This document shows, in pieces, positions 9,246 through 19,204 of a DNA stretch of 64,000 nt. Both the position numbers and the translations under genes were made by a program. The notes under the pieces were generated by a model. The model worked only from the letters and a program-made list of their open reading frames with translations. It had not been told where the DNA came from and made no database searches. Source of the stretch: Solirubrobacteraceae bacterium (GTDB lineage: Bacteria > Actinomycetota > Thermoleophilia > Solirubrobacterales > Solirubrobacteraceae). Each line of letters opens with the position of its first letter. Within the stretch, counting starts at the first letter, position 1. The stretch is taken from the NCBI GenBank assembly GCA_052147535.1, contig JBKQKK010000154.1, positions 11,595-75,594 of the forward strand, written 5' to 3'.

Positions 9246-10162
9246 TGACCCAGAGAATCACACCGCAGATGCAGTCCGGCGTGATGCTGGCAAACATCAA
9301 CAACGACCTAGCCGCACTCGACAACACGCAGAACCAGCTGTCCACGGGCATGAAGATCCTGCAGCCATCCGATGATCCAGCCGGCATGGCTCTGTCGCTG
9401 CAGCTGAGCGGACAGATCTCGGCGCTGAACAACTATTCGGCAAACGTCAACGACGGTACCGCATGGGCCAACACCGCCAGTGCCGCGCTGCAGAGCATTC
9501 AGCAGATCACACAGACGGCTCGAACGCTGGTCGTCGAGGCGAACGACGGAACTATGAACGCTTCGGACCAGCAAACGATCAGTACCGAGATCTCACAGTT
9601 GGTCGACCAGATCAAGGATACGGCCAACACCCAGTACGACGGTATGTACATCTTCTCCGGATCCCAGACCACCACCGCGCCCTACCAGAGCGCGACGGGC
9701 GACGTGTACAACGGCGACAGCGGTTCGGTCACGCGCACGATCGGACCCGGGACCACGACCGCGGTGAACGCGCAACTCTCCTCGGTTCTCGGCCAAGGCC
9801 AGCAGGCCAACGGAGGACAGGGAGACGGGCTACTGCTCAACACGCTGGAGACGATTGGGCAGGACGTGACGGGCGGGACCAGCACGGATCTCGGGAACGA
9901 CCTGAGCAGCCTCGATTCGAACATCAGCAGCCTCGAGTCCCTTCAAGCCCAGGTTGGCTCCGTACAGGACCAGCTATCGATGGCCTCTTCGCGTCTGATG
10001 TCGTTTCAAACCGCTGATCAGACCCAGCTGGCGAACACGGAGGACGTTGATATGGGTTCGGCGTCGATCAATTTCTCGACCGAGCAGGCGGCCTACAGTG
10101 CAGCGCTACAGTCCGGTGCGCAGATCATCCAGACGTCCCTGCTGAACTTCCTACACAGTTAG
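9245..10162 (+). CDS. flgL: Hook-associated protein FlgL
   Basis: QLSTGMKILQPSDDP, ANTQYDGMYIFSG, EQAAYSAALQSGAQIIQTSLLNFL. Confidence 0.95.
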   Translation: MTQRITPQMQSGVMLANINNDLAALDNTQNQLSTGMKILQPSDDPAGMALSLQLSGQISALNNYSANVNDGTAWANTASAALQSIQQITQTARTLVVEANDGTMNASDQQTISTEISQLVDQIKDTANTQYDGMYIFSGSQTTTAPYQSATGDVYNGDSGSVTRTIGPGTTTAVNAQLSSVLGQGQQANGGQGDGLLLNTLETIGQDVTGGTSTDLGNDLSSLDSNISSLESLQAQVGSVQDQLSMASSRLMSFQTADQTQLANTEDVDMGSASINFSTEQAAYSAALQSGAQIIQTSLLNFLHS

Positions 10163-10166
10163 CCTC

Positions 10167-10613
10167 GTGATCACGATTGAAAGCACCCGCTTCGGCACCG
10201 TGGAGATCGCGCCGGAAAGCGTGGTCGAGTTCCCAGACGGCCTGATCGGTCTTGGCGGCCGCCGGTATGCGCTGCTGGCCACGGATGCGGGCAGCCCGTT
10301 CTTGTGGTTGCATTCGCTCGAGGATCCCAAGATCGCGTTGCCCGTTACCAACCCCCACCGATTCTTCTCTGACTTCTCGGTCGAACTGAACGACGAGGAC
10401 GCGGCGCGCCTCGAGTTCGACGACGCCGCCTCCGTGGACGTGTACGTCACCGTACGCGCAGCGCCGGCTCTGGAGGATTTCACCGCCAACCTGAAGGCGC
10501 CGATCCTGATCCGCGCCGGCCGCGCACACCAGGTCATCAACCAGGCTAAAGGGGTCAGCCTACGCGCGCAGCTGTTCAAAGCTGAAGCCACGGAATCCGA
10601 GCAGGCGTGCTGA
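10167..10613 (+). CDS. fliW: Flagellar assembly factor FliW (CsrA antagonist)
   Basis: STRFG, FPDGLIG, PFLWLHSLEDP, TANLKAPILI. Confidence 0.95.
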   Translation: MITIESTRFGTVEIAPESVVEFPDGLIGLGGRRYALLATDAGSPFLWLHSLEDPKIALPVTNPHRFFSDFSVELNDEDAARLEFDDAASVDVYVTVRAAPALEDFTANLKAPILIRAGRAHQVINQAKGVSLRAQLFKAEATESEQAC

Positions 10614-10852
10614 AGCTCGAGCGTCGCGCGGGCGAGCGCGTGATCGTCGCCGGCGACATCATCGTCGAGGTGCTCGAAGTGCGCGGCCAGATCGTCAAGC
10701 TCGGATTCGACGCGCCGCGCTCGGTGCGGATCTATCGCGAGGAGATCTGGCTCGCGGTCAAGCGCGAGAACGAAGCGGCGGCGCTCGGCGCGGACCTCGA
10801 CCTGCCGCTGATGCCCGGCCCCGCAAAGCCGCCCGCATCTGACGCCGGCTGA
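10607..10852 (+). CDS. csrA: Carbon storage regulator CsrA
   Basis: MLKLERRAGERVIV...VKLGFDAPRSVRIYREEI; overlaps the fliW stop. Confidence 0.92.
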   Translation: MLKLERRAGERVIVAGDIIVEVLEVRGQIVKLGFDAPRSVRIYREEIWLAVKRENEAAALGADLDLPLMPGPAKPPASDAG

Positions 10853-10885
10853 CCGACGCGGACCTGCTGCGGCGCGCGGAGGGGA

Positions 10886-11005
10886 GCGTCTCAGGCGGGG
10901 CGTCTCAGGTGCGCACGCTCGCGCACGCACCCCGAGCACGCACGCTCGCCCACGCACACCGCGTACGGACGCTCGCTCACGGACACCGCGCACGCGCACG
11001 CTCGC
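10886..11005. repeat. Imperfect tandem repeats downstream of csrA
   Basis: GCGTCTCAGG twice (10886, 10900), then about 3.5 copies of a ~27-bp CACGCACGCTCGCNCACGCACACCGCG unit. Confidence 0.75.
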
Positions 11006-11033
11006 CGGCCGTTGAGCGGTCTACTCTCCGTGC

Positions 11034-11585
11034 GTGGCTGCGCAGAGGTCAAAGCGGCGCCGCGCGCGCAAGCGGCGGAAGCCTGACGCGGGGCGGCAGA
11101 GCGGCTTCCCCGCAAAGCGCGAACGGCAGATCCTCGCCGGACGCCCCTCATCAGGGACAGTCGGGGCGCCAGATCCGGGCCGCGCCGGAAACATGCTGGG
11201 GTCAATCGGGGAGCGACCGTCGGGTCCGTTCGGTGCTCTGCCCGTATCCGAGCTCGCGATCCTGATCGGTGGGATCGGCCTGGTCGTCGGTCTGCTCGAC
11301 AAGCGCGGTGCCGCGATCGTCGTCGGGACCATCGTGTGCGCGCTCGGCGTCCTCGAAGTGAGCGCGCGCGAGCACTTCTCCGGCTTCCGCTCGCATGCCG
11401 CCCTGCTGGCGGCGTTTCCGGCGCTGGCCGTGATGGTTGGCGTGGCGGCGGCGATCGGGACCCCAGGCGATCGAGCGCTGCTGCTGATCCCGGTCATACC
11501 GGTGTTCGCGCTCTGCTTTTGGCTGCTGCGGAGGCGCTTCCAGGTGGCGCGTCACGCGCGGCTGATCAGGCCGCCGGTGCCGTAG
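11034..11585 (+). CDS. Hypothetical membrane protein with Arg-rich N-terminus
   Basis: Four hydrophobic segments; TACTCT -10 element 6 nt before the GTG. Confidence 0.75.
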   Translation: MAAQRSKRRRARKRRKPDAGRQSGFPAKRERQILAGRPSSGTVGAPDPGRAGNMLGSIGERPSGPFGALPVSELAILIGGIGLVVGLLDKRGAAIVVGTIVCALGVLEVSAREHFSGFRSHAALLAAFPALAVMVGVAAAIGTPGDRALLLIPVIPVFALCFWLLRRRFQVARHARLIRPPVP

Positions 11586-11594
11586 CGTCGCTTC

Positions 11595-11672
11595 TAGCCG
11601 AGCGGCGTGGTCGTAGCCACCGAGCGGCGGGGCGGTAGCCGCCGAGGGGCGCCGCTTGTAGCCGCCGAGGGT
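11595..11672. repeat. Four imperfect TAGCC(G/A)CCGAG repeats between convergent genes
   Basis: TAGCC at 11595, 11614, 11636, 11659 (19-23 bp period). Confidence 0.55.
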
Positions 11673-11790
11673 GTGGCCGTGGTTGCGCGGCACACTCTCG
11701 GCGCTCGGCGTCACCCACGGGTCACGCTTTTCGTGCGACCAGGCCGGCGGTGGCGATGGCGGTGGAGGTGAAGCGGCGTGGCGATCGGTG

Positions 11791-13245
11791 CTACAGCCTC
11801 TGCGTCAGCGCTCCGGTGTCGGCATCCTGCTCCTCGGCGCAGGAGCTGCCGGTGGCTGGAGCTGTCGGCAGGCGCAGCGTGAACACGGCGCCGCCATCGA
11901 AGGCGTTGGTCGCGCTCACAGTGCCGCCGTGCTGCAGAGCGGCTTGGCGCACGATCGCCAGGCCGAGCCCGCTGCCCTGGCGACCGCGTGCGTTCTCGCC
12001 TCGGTAGAAGCGGTCGAACACGTGTGGCAGGTCCTTCTGCGAGATCCCGGTGCCGTGATCGCGCACCCGCAGCCCGTCGCGGTCGACTACCACCTCAACG
12101 GGGCCGTCGGGGCCCGTGTGGCGTGCGGCGTTGTCGAGCAGGTTGTTCACCGCCCGCCCGAGGCGCTCGGGGACTCCCTCGACGATAACCGGTGCGAGCT
12201 CCGCGATGAAATCGACGTCCGGCGCGTTGCGCCGCGCCCGTGCGAGCGATTCCTCAACCACCCGGTCCAGGCGGACGTCCTCCGTCGAGGAGGGTGGCAG
12301 GTCGCCCCGCGCGAGCTCGATCAGGTCCGATACGAGAGCGCTGAGCTCCTCGGATTGCTCGACCACGTCGGCCAGCAACCGCTCTCGGTCCTCGTCATCG
12401 AGCTGTCCGCCGGCCAGCAGCACCTCGACGTTCGTCCGCAGGCTGGTGACCGGCGTGCGCAGCTCGTGCGATGCGTCGGCGACCAGCTGCCGCTGCGCCC
12501 GTACGGATTCGTCGAGCGCATCACGCGACTGCTCGAGCCGCGCGAGCATCTCGTTGAAGCGGTTCGCGAGCTGTCCCACCTCGTCGTCGGCGTGGACCGC
12601 CAGGCGTCTTGAGAGATCGTCGGTCTCGCCGATCAGCTGCGCCGTCTTTGTGACCTCCGCGAGCGGGGCGAGCACGCGGTTGGCTGCGATCCGGCCGAGC
12701 AGCGCGGCGACGGCGATCCCGCCCAACAGCAGCAGCAACAGGATCAGGCGTAGGTCCGACAGCACGTGGTCGATCGGACCGAGCGGGCGCGCGAGCTGCA
12801 CGGCGACCGGAACTTCCTGCCCGAACGCACTCAGCTCATAGGCGCGGAAGGTGAGGATCCGTAGGTCGGCTCCACCGACCGTGGCCTCCTGAAGCAGGTT
12901 GTTGGTGGCGCCATTGATCACACTGCGCGTGCCGGCGTTGATCGGAAGTTCGACGTTGCCGATCGAAGCAAGCACCTCGTCACTTGCGTTTACGACCTGC
13001 GAGTAGGGAGCGGCGCCGCCGGCGCTGGGCGGTCCGCCGGGGAAGTAGGCGCCGCCATAGGCGCTGTCACGTCCGAGGATCCGACTGAGGGCGGAGACGA
13101 CGGCTGGCTTCTGCAGGATCAGCTCGTTGTCCACCTGGCTGAGCAGCTCAGCGCGCACACCGAGGTAGCAGACCGTCACTGCGAGGGCGACCGCCACCGC
13201 AACCGCACATGCGGCGATCAGGCTCAGTCTCTTACGCAGCGGCAC
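11791..13245 (-). CDS. HAMP-domain sensor histidine kinase, MprB-like
   Basis: Two TM helices, HAMP, H-box ADASHELRTP, N-box NLLDNA, DHGTG, FDRFYRG, GSGLGLAIV. Start GTG 13245 (or 13260), not 13377. Confidence 0.93.
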   Translation of the reverse strand: MPLRKRLSLIAACAVAVAVALAVTVCYLGVRAELLSQVDNELILQKPAVVSALSRILGRDSAYGGAYFPGGPPSAGGAAPYSQVVNASDEVLASIGNVELPINAGTRSVINGATNNLLQEATVGGADLRILTFRAYELSAFGQEVPVAVQLARPLGPIDHVLSDLRLILLLLLLGGIAVAALLGRIAANRVLAPLAEVTKTAQLIGETDDLSRRLAVHADDEVGQLANRFNEMLARLEQSRDALDESVRAQRQLVADASHELRTPVTSLRTNVEVLLAGGQLDDEDRERLLADVVEQSEELSALVSDLIELARGDLPPSSTEDVRLDRVVEESLARARRNAPDVDFIAELAPVIVEGVPERLGRAVNNLLDNAARHTGPDGPVEVVVDRDGLRVRDHGTGISQKDLPHVFDRFYRGENARGRQGSGLGLAIVRQAALQHGGTVSATNAFDGGAVFTLRLPTAPATGSSCAEEQDADTGALTQRL

Positions 13246-13249
13246 GGTG

Positions 13250-13930
13250 CTACCCGTCACTGCGCAGCACGTAGCCGATTCCGCGCACGGTGTGCAGCAG
13301 CCGCGGTTCGCCACCCTCCTCGGTCTTGCGGCGCAGATATCCCATGTAGACGCCGAGCGCGTTGGAGGTCGGTCCAAAGTCGTAGCCCCACACGTTCTCG
13401 AAGATCGTTGAGCGCGTGAGCACTTGCCGCGGGTGTTTCATGAACAGCTCCAGCAGCAGGAACTCGGTCTTCGACAGGTCCACGAGCCGCTCGCCCCGAT
13501 AGACCTCGTGCGCGACCGGATCGAGTACGAGGTCGCCGTAGCGGAGCACCTCGCCATCGGAATCCTCCGACGCCCTGCGCAGCAGCGCCCGCAGCCGCGC
13601 CTGCAGCTCGCGCAGCGCGAACGGCTTGACGAGATAGTCGTCGGCCCCGACGTCCAGGCCTTTCACGCGATCATCGATCGCGTCGCGGGCGGTGAGCATC
13701 AGGACCGGCGTGCGGTCGCCGGCTGCGCGCAGGCGCCTGCAGACCTCCAGACCGTCGATCTCGGGCATCGATACGTCGAGGATGACCACATCCGCCGCCC
13801 GTTCGGCAAGCGTATCGAGTGCCTCCCGGCCGTCGGCGGCGAGGTCGACTTCGTAGCGCTCCAGCCGGAGCGCCCGCTCCAGCGCCCGGCGGACGGCGGG
13901 CTCATCGTCGACGATCAGGATGCGTGCCAT
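13250..13930 (-). CDS. OmpR-family response regulator, MprA-like
   Basis: [28 protein letters not shown], winged helix ending LHTVRGIGY. Confidence 0.95.
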   Translation of the reverse strand: MARILIVDDEPAVRRALERALRLERYEVDLAADGREALDTLAERAADVVILDVSMPEIDGLEVCRRLRAAGDRTPVLMLTARDAIDDRVKGLDVGADDYLVKPFALRELQARLRALLRRASEDSDGEVLRYGDLVLDPVAHEVYRGERLVDLSKTEFLLLELFMKHPRQVLTRSTIFENVWGYDFGPTSNALGVYMGYLRRKTEEGGEPRLLHTVRGIGYVLRSDG

Positions 13931-14048
13931 TGCTGAGAATGATCCTGCCTGTAGGTTAAAGGAGGTGAAGAACGGCGGCCCGTCAGCGCCGGTCAGCGCC
14001 GGCTGGGCGCCCGAGGCGCCCGGGTCGCCCGGGCGGTATTTCGTCCCG

Positions 14049-14816
14049 CTACGCGAGCTCGAACAGTAGCGGCGCGTGGTCGGAGGGCTTGCTGCCCTTG
14101 CGGAAGTTGCGGTCGATCCCGCAGACCGTCAGCTCTGGCGCCAGCTCTGCCGCGAGAAGCGCCAGGTCGATCCGCAGCCCGAGGCCCTTGTGGAAGTTAC
14201 CCGCGCGGTAATCCCACCACGTGAACTGCTGCTCGCCGGGGTGCAGGTGTCGGTAGGCGTCGACCATGCCCGCGTCCAGGATCCGCTGCAGTGTTGCGCG
14301 CTCCGGAGCGCTGACATGCGTCCCGCCAGCGAACGCCTCGGGGTCGTACACGTCGATCTCGGCGGGTGCGATGTTCATGTCCCCGGCGATCACTCTCGGC
14401 TGGTGAGCCTGTGTGCTCACCAGCCGGGCGATCGCGTCCAGGAAGGCGAGCTTGCGCGGGTACTCGGGGCTGTCCAGGGCGCGGCCGTTGGGCACGTAGA
14501 CGCTCGCGAAGCGGATCCGCCCGATTGTCGCCTCACACCAGCGCGCCTCGTCTCCTGCGGGCTCGCCGGGTAACCCGAGCAGCGCGTCGAGGAGCGTCAG
14601 CGGCGGGCGCGCTAACAGCGCCACGCCGGCCCACTGCCCGCCGGAGTGGTGTACGGCCTCGTAGCCGGCTGCCCGCAGCTGCTGGCGCGGGAACGAGTCG
14701 GGCGCGCACTTGGTTTCTTGCAGGCAGACGACGTCTGGCGCGTGGCGCTCGAGCAGCTCCAGCACGCGCGGCAGCCGCACGCGTAGCGAGTTCACGTTCC
14801 AGGTGACGACGCGCAC
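14049..14816 (-). CDS. xth: Exodeoxyribonuclease III / AP endonuclease
   Basis: [48 protein letters not shown]; probable GTG start at 14816. Confidence 0.95.
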   Translation of the reverse strand: MRVVTWNVNSLRVRLPRVLELLERHAPDVVCLQETKCAPDSFPRQQLRAAGYEAVHHSGGQWAGVALLARPPLTLLDALLGLPGEPAGDEARWCEATIGRIRFASVYVPNGRALDSPEYPRKLAFLDAIARLVSTQAHQPRVIAGDMNIAPAEIDVYDPEAFAGGTHVSAPERATLQRILDAGMVDAYRHLHPGEQQFTWWDYRAGNFHKGLGLRIDLALLAAELAPELTVCGIDRNFRKGSKPSDHAPLLFELA

Positions 14817-14946
14817 GCCACGCGACGTTACCGGCTCGCGCACCGATCACGCGCTGGGCCGGTGTCGCGGCCTTGCAACGAGCTGTCACGGACCCGGGCC
14901 GGATCCGCACAGGATGCACGTGCGTCAAGGCACAATCAATCCAGCG

Positions 14947-17466
14947 ATGCCCGAGGACAAGCGACAGCCGCTCGACGAGTACCGGGCCAAGCGCGACTTC
15001 ACGGTGACATCGGAGCCGGTTGGGGAGGGCGCGCCGGCAAGCGCGCCCGCGCCGCGGTTTGTCGTCCAGGAGCATCACGCGACTCGCCTGCACTGGGATC
15101 TGCGGCTCGAGCACGACGGCGTCGCGGTTTCGTGGGCGATCCCGAACGGGATTCCGCCGACGCCCAGGGAGAACCGCCTTGCGGTTCAAACCGAAGACCA
15201 CCCACTCCAATATCTGGAGTTTGAGGGCGAGATCCCGAAGGGCTCCTACGGCGCCGGCACGATGCGAATCTGGGACCGCGGCACGTTCGAGATCGTCAAG
15301 TGGGAGCAGCGCAAAGTTGAGGTGACCTTCCACGGCGAGCGCCTCCACGGGCGCTACGGCCTGTTCCCGATCGGCCGCTCCGGCGAGAACCCCGGCGACT
15401 GGATGATCCACCGGATGGATCCGCCTCAGGACCCCGCCTACACGCCGATGCCTGAGCACCTCGCGCCGATGCTCGCGCGCGCGGGGAGGTTGCCGGAGGC
15501 GCCGCAGCAGTGGTCGTTCGAGGTCAAGTGGGACGGCGTCCGCGTGATCGCGTACGCGCGTCCGGGCCGGTTGCGGCTCGAGAGCCGTAACGGGCGCGAG
15601 ATCACCGAATCCTACCCGGAGCTGCGCGGGCTCCTGCGTGACCTGGGGATGCGCGAAGCGGTGCTCGACGGCGAGATCGTCGCGTTCGACGCGGCTGGGC
15701 GCCCGAGCTTCGAAGTGCTGCAACGGCGGATGCACGTCACCGCGCCGGCGGCTGTGCGCCGGCTCGCGGCCTCGACCCCCGTCGTCTACGCGATCTTCGA
15801 TCTCGTCCACCTGGACGGGCGCTCGCTGACCGAGCTGCCTTACCTGGAGCGCCGCGCCGCGCTCGAGGAACTCGCGCTGAACGGCCCCGCGTGGCGGGTG
15901 CCGGCGGCGCGCGCGGGTGACGGCCTCGCGCTGCTCGAGGCGACGGCCGACCAGGGGCTCGAGGGCATCGTCGCCAAGCGCATCGACTCGCGCTACGCGC
16001 CCGGCGCCCGCAATGGCGCCTGGCTGAAGATCAAGCACACCCGCCGTCAGGAACTCGTGATCGGCGGCTGGCTGCCAGGAGCCGGGAGGCGCACCCAGCG
16101 GATCGGGGCGCTGCTGATGGGCTACCACGAGGATGGCGTACTGCGCTACGCCGGCCGCGTCGGGACCGGTTTCACGGAGCTCGTGCTAGCGGACCTGATG
16201 ACGCGGCTGGCGCCGCTGCACCGGCCCGACAGCCCGTTCACGCCTGCGCCCAAGCTGCCGCGAAACGCGCAGTTCGTGGCGCCGCTGCTCGTGGCCGAGG
16301 TTGAGCTCAACGAATGGACCTCCGGCGGCGTGATGCGCGCGCCGTCCTACAAGGGGCTGCGCGAGGACAAGGATCCCGCGGCGGTGGTGCGCGAGAGCCA
16401 GCGCGAAGTGCCGCATGAGGCAAACGACGCGCGGCAGGACGCCGAGCGGGACCCCTTGGAAGTCGAGAACGTCGCCGGCGCCATCCGGGCGAGCGGGGCC
16501 ATCCGGGCGAGCGGCGCCGGCGACGGCGCCAGACGCGGCCCGGAGCAGTTGTTCGACGATTGCCGCCAGCGCGAGGACGGCACGCTCGCCGTCGCCGTCG
16601 ATCGGCGCGCGCTGAAGCTGTCCAACTGGGACAAGGTGCTGTTCCCGGAGACCGGCTTCACGAAGGGCGACCTGATCGCCTACTACACGCTGGTGGCGCC
16701 GGCCGTGGTGCCGCACCTGAGCGGCCGGGCGCTGACGTTGAAGCGCTACCCCAACGGCGTGGAGTCCGAGTACTTCTACGAGAAGCAGTCTCCCTCACAC
16801 CGTCCCGGCTGGGTGCCGACCGCACGGATCGGCGGCGTCGACTACACGCTCGCCCAGGAGCGCGCCACGCTCGTGTGGCTCGCGAACCTCGCCGACATCG
16901 AGCTGCATACATCGCTGTCGCTCGCCGCCGCCCCGCAGCGTCCGACGATGCTCGTGTTCGACCTCGACCCCGGCGCGCCGGCGGGCATCCTCGAGTGCTG
17001 CGAGGTGGCGCTCGTGCTGCAGGGCATGTTCGAGGCGCTCCGCTTGCAGACGCTCGTCAAGACATCGGGATCGAAGGGCCTGCAGGTGTACCTGCCGCTC
17101 AACGCCGAGGTGGGCTACGAGCGGTGCAAGCCGTTCGCCAAGCACGTCGCCGAGCTGCTCGAGCAACGACTCGGGGAGCTCGTGGTCTCGCGCATGACCA
17201 AGCGCTTGCGCGCCGGCAGAGTGCTCGTCGACTGGAGCCAGAACGACGCGCACAAGACGACGGTGACCGTCTATTCGATGCGCGCGCTGCCGGCGCCGAG
17301 CGTGTCGACGCCGATCAGCTGGGACGAGGTCCGGGCGTGCCGCGCGGCCGCGAGTCCGGAGCTGCTGCGTTTCGGACCCGAGCAGGTGCTGGCGCGCGTG
17401 GCGGAGCGGGGCGACCTGTTCGCGGCGGTGCTGAGCACCAGCCAGCGGCTGCCGTCGCTGAGCTGA
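14947..17466 (+). CDS. ligD: Multidomain DNA ligase D (phosphoesterase - ligase - Prim-Pol)
   Basis: PE domain (EYRAKRDF, FVVQEHHATRLHWDLRLE); ligase (EVKWDG, LDGEIV, EGIVAKR, WLKIK); Prim-Pol (KRYPNG, FDLDPG, KTSGSKGLQ, DWSQN). Confidence 0.95.
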   Translation: MPEDKRQPLDEYRAKRDFTVTSEPVGEGAPASAPAPRFVVQEHHATRLHWDLRLEHDGVAVSWAIPNGIPPTPRENRLAVQTEDHPLQYLEFEGEIPKGSYGAGTMRIWDRGTFEIVKWEQRKVEVTFHGERLHGRYGLFPIGRSGENPGDWMIHRMDPPQDPAYTPMPEHLAPMLARAGRLPEAPQQWSFEVKWDGVRVIAYARPGRLRLESRNGREITESYPELRGLLRDLGMREAVLDGEIVAFDAAGRPSFEVLQRRMHVTAPAAVRRLAASTPVVYAIFDLVHLDGRSLTELPYLERRAALEELALNGPAWRVPAARAGDGLALLEATADQGLEGIVAKRIDSRYAPGARNGAWLKIKHTRRQELVIGGWLPGAGRRTQRIGALLMGYHEDGVLRYAGRVGTGFTELVLADLMTRLAPLHRPDSPFTPAPKLPRNAQFVAPLLVAEVELNEWTSGGVMRAPSYKGLREDKDPAAVVRESQREVPHEANDARQDAERDPLEVENVAGAIRASGAIRASGAGDGARRGPEQLFDDCRQREDGTLAVAVDRRALKLSNWDKVLFPETGFTKGDLIAYYTLVAPAVVPHLSGRALTLKRYPNGVESEYFYEKQSPSHRPGWVPTARIGGVDYTLAQERATLVWLANLADIELHTSLSLAAAPQRPTMLVFDLDPGAPAGILECCEVALVLQGMFEALRLQTLVKTSGSKGLQVYLPLNAEVGYERCKPFAKHVAELLEQRLGELVVSRMTKRLRAGRVLVDWSQNDAHKTTVTVYSMRALPAPSVSTPISWDEVRACRAAASPELLRFGPEQVLARVAERGDLFAAVLSTSQRLPSLS

Positions 17467-17519
17467 GGAGCCCGAGGACCCGATCGCTCGAGGGGCGGCC
17501 TCAACGGCGGGAACGGCGA

Positions 17520-17543
17520 AGAGCCCCGCGGCTGCGGGGCTCT
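17520..17543. terminator. Hairpin between convergent ligD and Ig-repeat gene
   Basis: AGAGCCCCGC-GGCT-GCGGGGCTCT, perfect 10-bp stem. Confidence 0.7.
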
Positions 17544-17603
17544 CCGGTTCAGCAGGCTGGTTGCGGACCGGGCGGGACCGCCGTCACCAGCTTTCCATCT
17601 GGT

Positions 17604-19097
17604 TCAGCTCGCCGGGGCCGTCACGGTGACGGGGAGCGTTCCTGCAGTGATTTTAGGAGCGTAATTTGTGGTAGCGGAGATCGTGTCCGATCCCACGGTG
17701 CCCAGGGTGAGTGTGACGGTCTGGCTGCCGTTCGCGCCAAGCGTGATGTTGGCCGGAGTCCCGGTGTCGGAGCCAGTGCTCGTGATCGTCACCTGACCGG
17801 TGTAGGTGGTGACGCCGCCGTAGGTGTTCTCAGCTTCGATCGTGTAGACGGTCGCGACGCCCTTCGTCACCGTGGCAGGACCAACGATCGCCAGCTGCGT
17901 GGCCTTGCCGCCCGAGACGGTGACCGGGGCGCTGCTGCTGGTGCCCGTGATCGAGCCGGAGCCGGACGGGGCTGTGCCGCTCGCTGCGACCGTCTCGGCG
18001 CCAATGTAGCCAAGACCAAGGAACTGGGCCGAGAAAGTGTGCACACCATTGTCGTTGGACGTGTATTGGTAAGCGGTTGCCGTCGCGCCGCTGAGCTTGA
18101 CGGTGCCGGTGTAGCCCTTGGCGACATTGCCGTAAGCATCCTCGGCGGTGACCTTGACATTGAAGGCCTTGCCCGTGGTCGCGGTCTTGGGGGCTGAGAC
18201 AACGAGCTGGGTAGCCGGGCCGGGGCTTACCGTGACGCTGACGCTGGCGGCCGCGACCTTAGTACCGGGATCCTTGAAGGTGAGGGTGACCTTCTTGGCG
18301 GTGCCGAAGTCGACGCCGAAGACGTGGGTGCCGTTGTCAGTCGGGGTGTACGCGTAAGTGCCAGGCGCTGTGGGCGCTGAGTACGCGCTGGCGTTAGCCC
18401 ACATCGTGGTCTTCTTGGCGTCGGAGCTGGTAAAGCTCACCGTGTCGCCGAAGTCTGGGACAAACGCGCCGTACTTGTTCTCCGCAAACACGGTGAAGTC
18501 TTCCTCTGTGCCCGCGGGCGCGGTCTGTGTAGGATCGATCGCGTACGGGTTGGTCGATTTCTGGAGGCTACTAGGAGGCTCGATGACCAGCTTCGTGGGC
18601 GCGTACTCAACGTTGACTGTGGCCGTATTGTAAGCCGGCTTGCCTCCGTCGCTCGCCGTGAGAATGTCGGGGGCAATATCGTAATATGCGTTGGTGTCGT
18701 AGCTCCCATACTTGATATAGAACGTATGGACGCCGCGGTCGTGTGCTCCGTATTCGTAGGAGTCGCTGTCGGTTGCACTGGTATTGACAAACGTCGTTTT
18801 TGTACTGCTGACGAGATCGGTCGTGCCGCCGGTCAACGTGACGTCGCCGGTGTAATTGCCCTCGACGTTGTTGGCGGAGTCGAGCGCGGTGACCTTGACC
18901 GGCTCGATCTGCCCGACGTTGGCCACCGTGGGGGTGACGATCAGCAGCTCATATGCCGAGCTGACAGTGGGCGTGACCCTGATCTTGACTGCTGCGGCTG
19001 GCCCGACGGCGACCAGGCTGGCGACCCATACCACCAGGCTGATCGGGAAGATGAGAAGCCGACTCTTCTGAGTCGAACTGAGAATCCTTGCTCGCAT
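17604..19097 (-). CDS. Secreted Thr/Ser-rich protein with four bacterial Ig-like repeats
   Basis: Signal peptide ending GPAAA; repeats with TAxDxxxN..YTG.V.L and Y.Y...D.GVHTF; GGAGGAAAG RBS before ATG 19097; visibly more AT-rich codons than neighbours. Confidence 0.85.
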   Translation of the reverse strand: MRARILSSTQKSRLLIFPISLVVWVASLVAVGPAAAVKIRVTPTVSSAYELLIVTPTVANVGQIEPVKVTALDSANNVEGNYTGDVTLTGGTTDLVSSTKTTFVNTSATDSDSYEYGAHDRGVHTFYIKYGSYDTNAYYDIAPDILTASDGGKPAYNTATVNVEYAPTKLVIEPPSSLQKSTNPYAIDPTQTAPAGTEEDFTVFAENKYGAFVPDFGDTVSFTSSDAKKTTMWANASAYSAPTAPGTYAYTPTDNGTHVFGVDFGTAKKVTLTFKDPGTKVAAASVSVTVSPGPATQLVVSAPKTATTGKAFNVKVTAEDAYGNVAKGYTGTVKLSGATATAYQYTSNDNGVHTFSAQFLGLGYIGAETVAASGTAPSGSGSITGTSSSAPVTVSGGKATQLAIVGPATVTKGVATVYTIEAENTYGGVTTYTGQVTITSTGSDTGTPANITLGANGSQTVTLTLGTVGSDTISATTNYAPKITAGTLPVTVTAPAS

Positions 19098-19177
19098 TGC
19101 GCTTTCCTCCATGGAAGATGTTCGATAGTGGCCGGCTAGAGCCAATTTCCTGCCGCCCGGCTTTCCTTTTGCCCCGG

Positions 19178-19204
19178 TTTTCGGCATTGGGCACTGCTTC
19201 TTTA
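19178..19204 (-). promoter_or_regulatory. Sigma-28-type promoter for the Ig-repeat gene
   Basis: Minus strand TAAAGAAG-N11-GCCGAAAA, 80 nt upstream of the ATG. Confidence 0.72.

Noticed and set aside
10886-10909. MprA box (TCTCAG repeats)
   Set aside because: The period is 14 bp rather than about 11 bp, and the site is far from the regulator promoter.
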